In this document: positions 31,326 through 32,000 of the stretch, in pieces | Layout: each line of letters starts with the position of its first letter | Numbering within the stretch: the first letter of the stretch is position 1 | Source: Candidatus Methylomirabilis limnetica | GTDB lineage: Bacteria > Methylomirabilota > Methylomirabilia > Methylomirabilales > Methylomirabilaceae | Assembly (NCBI RefSeq): GCF_003044035.1 | Contig: NZ_NVQC01000016.1 | Span: 120,001-152,000, forward strand | Length of the DNA: 32,000 nucleotides | Direction of reading: 5' to 3' | Translations under genes and position numbers: made by a program | The notes under the pieces: model-generated | Databases searched by the model: none | Seen by the model: the letters and a program-made list of their open reading frames with translations, nothing else | What the model was told of the DNA's origin: nothing

Positions 31326-32000
31326 ATGGGTCAGATTCCTGCCGAATACCTGCCTCCGATAGATCTCTGGCCGCAGCGCATCTACGCGCTCCCGGAATTC
31401 GTACACCTCCCTCAGCGGTTCAATAGCACCGAGGAGTTGCTGGATAAGACAGTTGTCGCAGGGAACGGCGACCGAGTGGCCCTCTACTTCGAGGACAAGC
31501 AGATCCCGTACAAGGCGCTGCTGGATCAGGTCAATAGGCTAGGGAGTGCGCTCAGGCGGCTGGGGATCGAGGAGACGGACCGGGTGGTATTGCGCCTGCC
31601 GAACATCCCACCGGCAATCGTGGCAAACTTTGCGGTCCTGAAGATCGGTGCGGTGATCGTCCCGACCTCCGTCCTCTTTTCCAGGGCCGAAATCGCGCAC
31701 ATCTGCAACAGCACGCAGGCCAAGGCGATCATCGTTGCCGCCACACTGCTGGAGGAGTTCGAGCAGGCGCGGCCCCTGCTTCACACTGTCAGGCATGTCA
31801 TTGTCGTCGGTGGAGCGCAGGAGGAGATCGAGCGGAAGGGCTATCTGGCATATCAGGCACTGCTTGATGGGGGCGATCCGACGTGCGATCCGGTGCGGCG
31901 TGATCGGTTGGATGTTTCGGTCATCCTCTTCACCTCCGGAACGACGGGGCCGCCGAAGGGGACGGTCCACTTCATGGAAGAGGCGCTGATCGTCCCTGAC
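31326..32000 (+). CDS. AMP-dependent synthetase/ligase (acyl- or aryl-CoA ligase), N-terminal 225 codons; 3' end lies outside the window
   Basis: Open frame from ATG 31326 (AGGAGGAGAG SD) to the window end. It contains the AMP-binding signature LFTSGTTGPPKG near the end. It has no stop in the window, so the ORF track omits it. Confidence 0.85.
   Translation, partial: MGQIPAEYLPPIDLWPQRIYALPEFVHLPQRFNSTEELLDKTVVAGNGDRVALYFEDKQIPYKALLDQVNRLGSALRRLGIEETDRVVLRLPNIPPAIVANFAVLKIGAVIVPTSVLFSRAEIAHICNSTQAKAIIVAATLLEEFEQARPLLHTVRHVIVVGGAQEEIERKGYLAYQALLDGGDPTCDPVRRDRLDVSVILFTSGTTGPPKGTVHFMEEALIVPD

Noticed and set aside
31526-31970. Minus-strand ORFs 31526-31744 and 31539-31970
   Set aside because: They lie antisense to an open + frame that carries a textbook AMP-binding motif (TSGTTGPPKG) and a strong SD, so the + strand partial gene explains the region.

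Overview
All convincing genes in this 32-kb window are on the + strand. It is a GC-rich (roughly 60% by eye) bacterial core-chromosome segment, not an accessory island. Gene order: uvrB 3' end (1-240, missing from the ORF track) | cold-shock protein | lysA-dapF-dapA-dapB-FAH-dapL (a full aminotransferase-route meso-DAP/lysine block) | folK-dNK-panB-panC | sigma70-type Pmra promoter with three 10-bp-phased GTGGG MraZ boxes | dcw cluster mraZ-rsmH-ftsL-ftsI-murE-[alpha/beta hydrolase]-[MurF-like ligase with a polytopic membrane N-terminus]-[long Ddl]-mraY-murD-ftsW-murG-murC-murB-ftsQ-ftsA-ftsZ | 64-aa CxxC..CxxC ORF | yggS | 5' part of an AMP-dependent CoA ligase (31326 to the window end, also missing from the ORF track). 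I saw no tRNA/rRNA, CRISPR, transposase, integrase or defence genes. Two things stand out. (1) Almost every intergenic gap holds short non-coding elements built from tandem heptanucleotide units (AGGGTAT, CTGAAGG/CCTTCAG, TTCGAG/CCGGAAC, CAGCNNN and CTAAAAA types). Many form inverted arrays (periodic hairpins) and some look MITE-like. They overlap stop and start codons, add a ~40-aa tail to MurG, and cause false N-terminal extensions in the ORF track (rsmH, murD, murC, murB). (2) The murE-mraY segment is non-canonical: a translationally coupled hydrolase, membrane-anchored MurF-like ligase and elongated, relocated Ddl, bracketed by same-family heptamer arrays. I did not find a convincing self-contained novel system; these two are the best leads. 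Nearly all minus-strand and off-frame ORFs in the track are GC-rich shadow ORFs.
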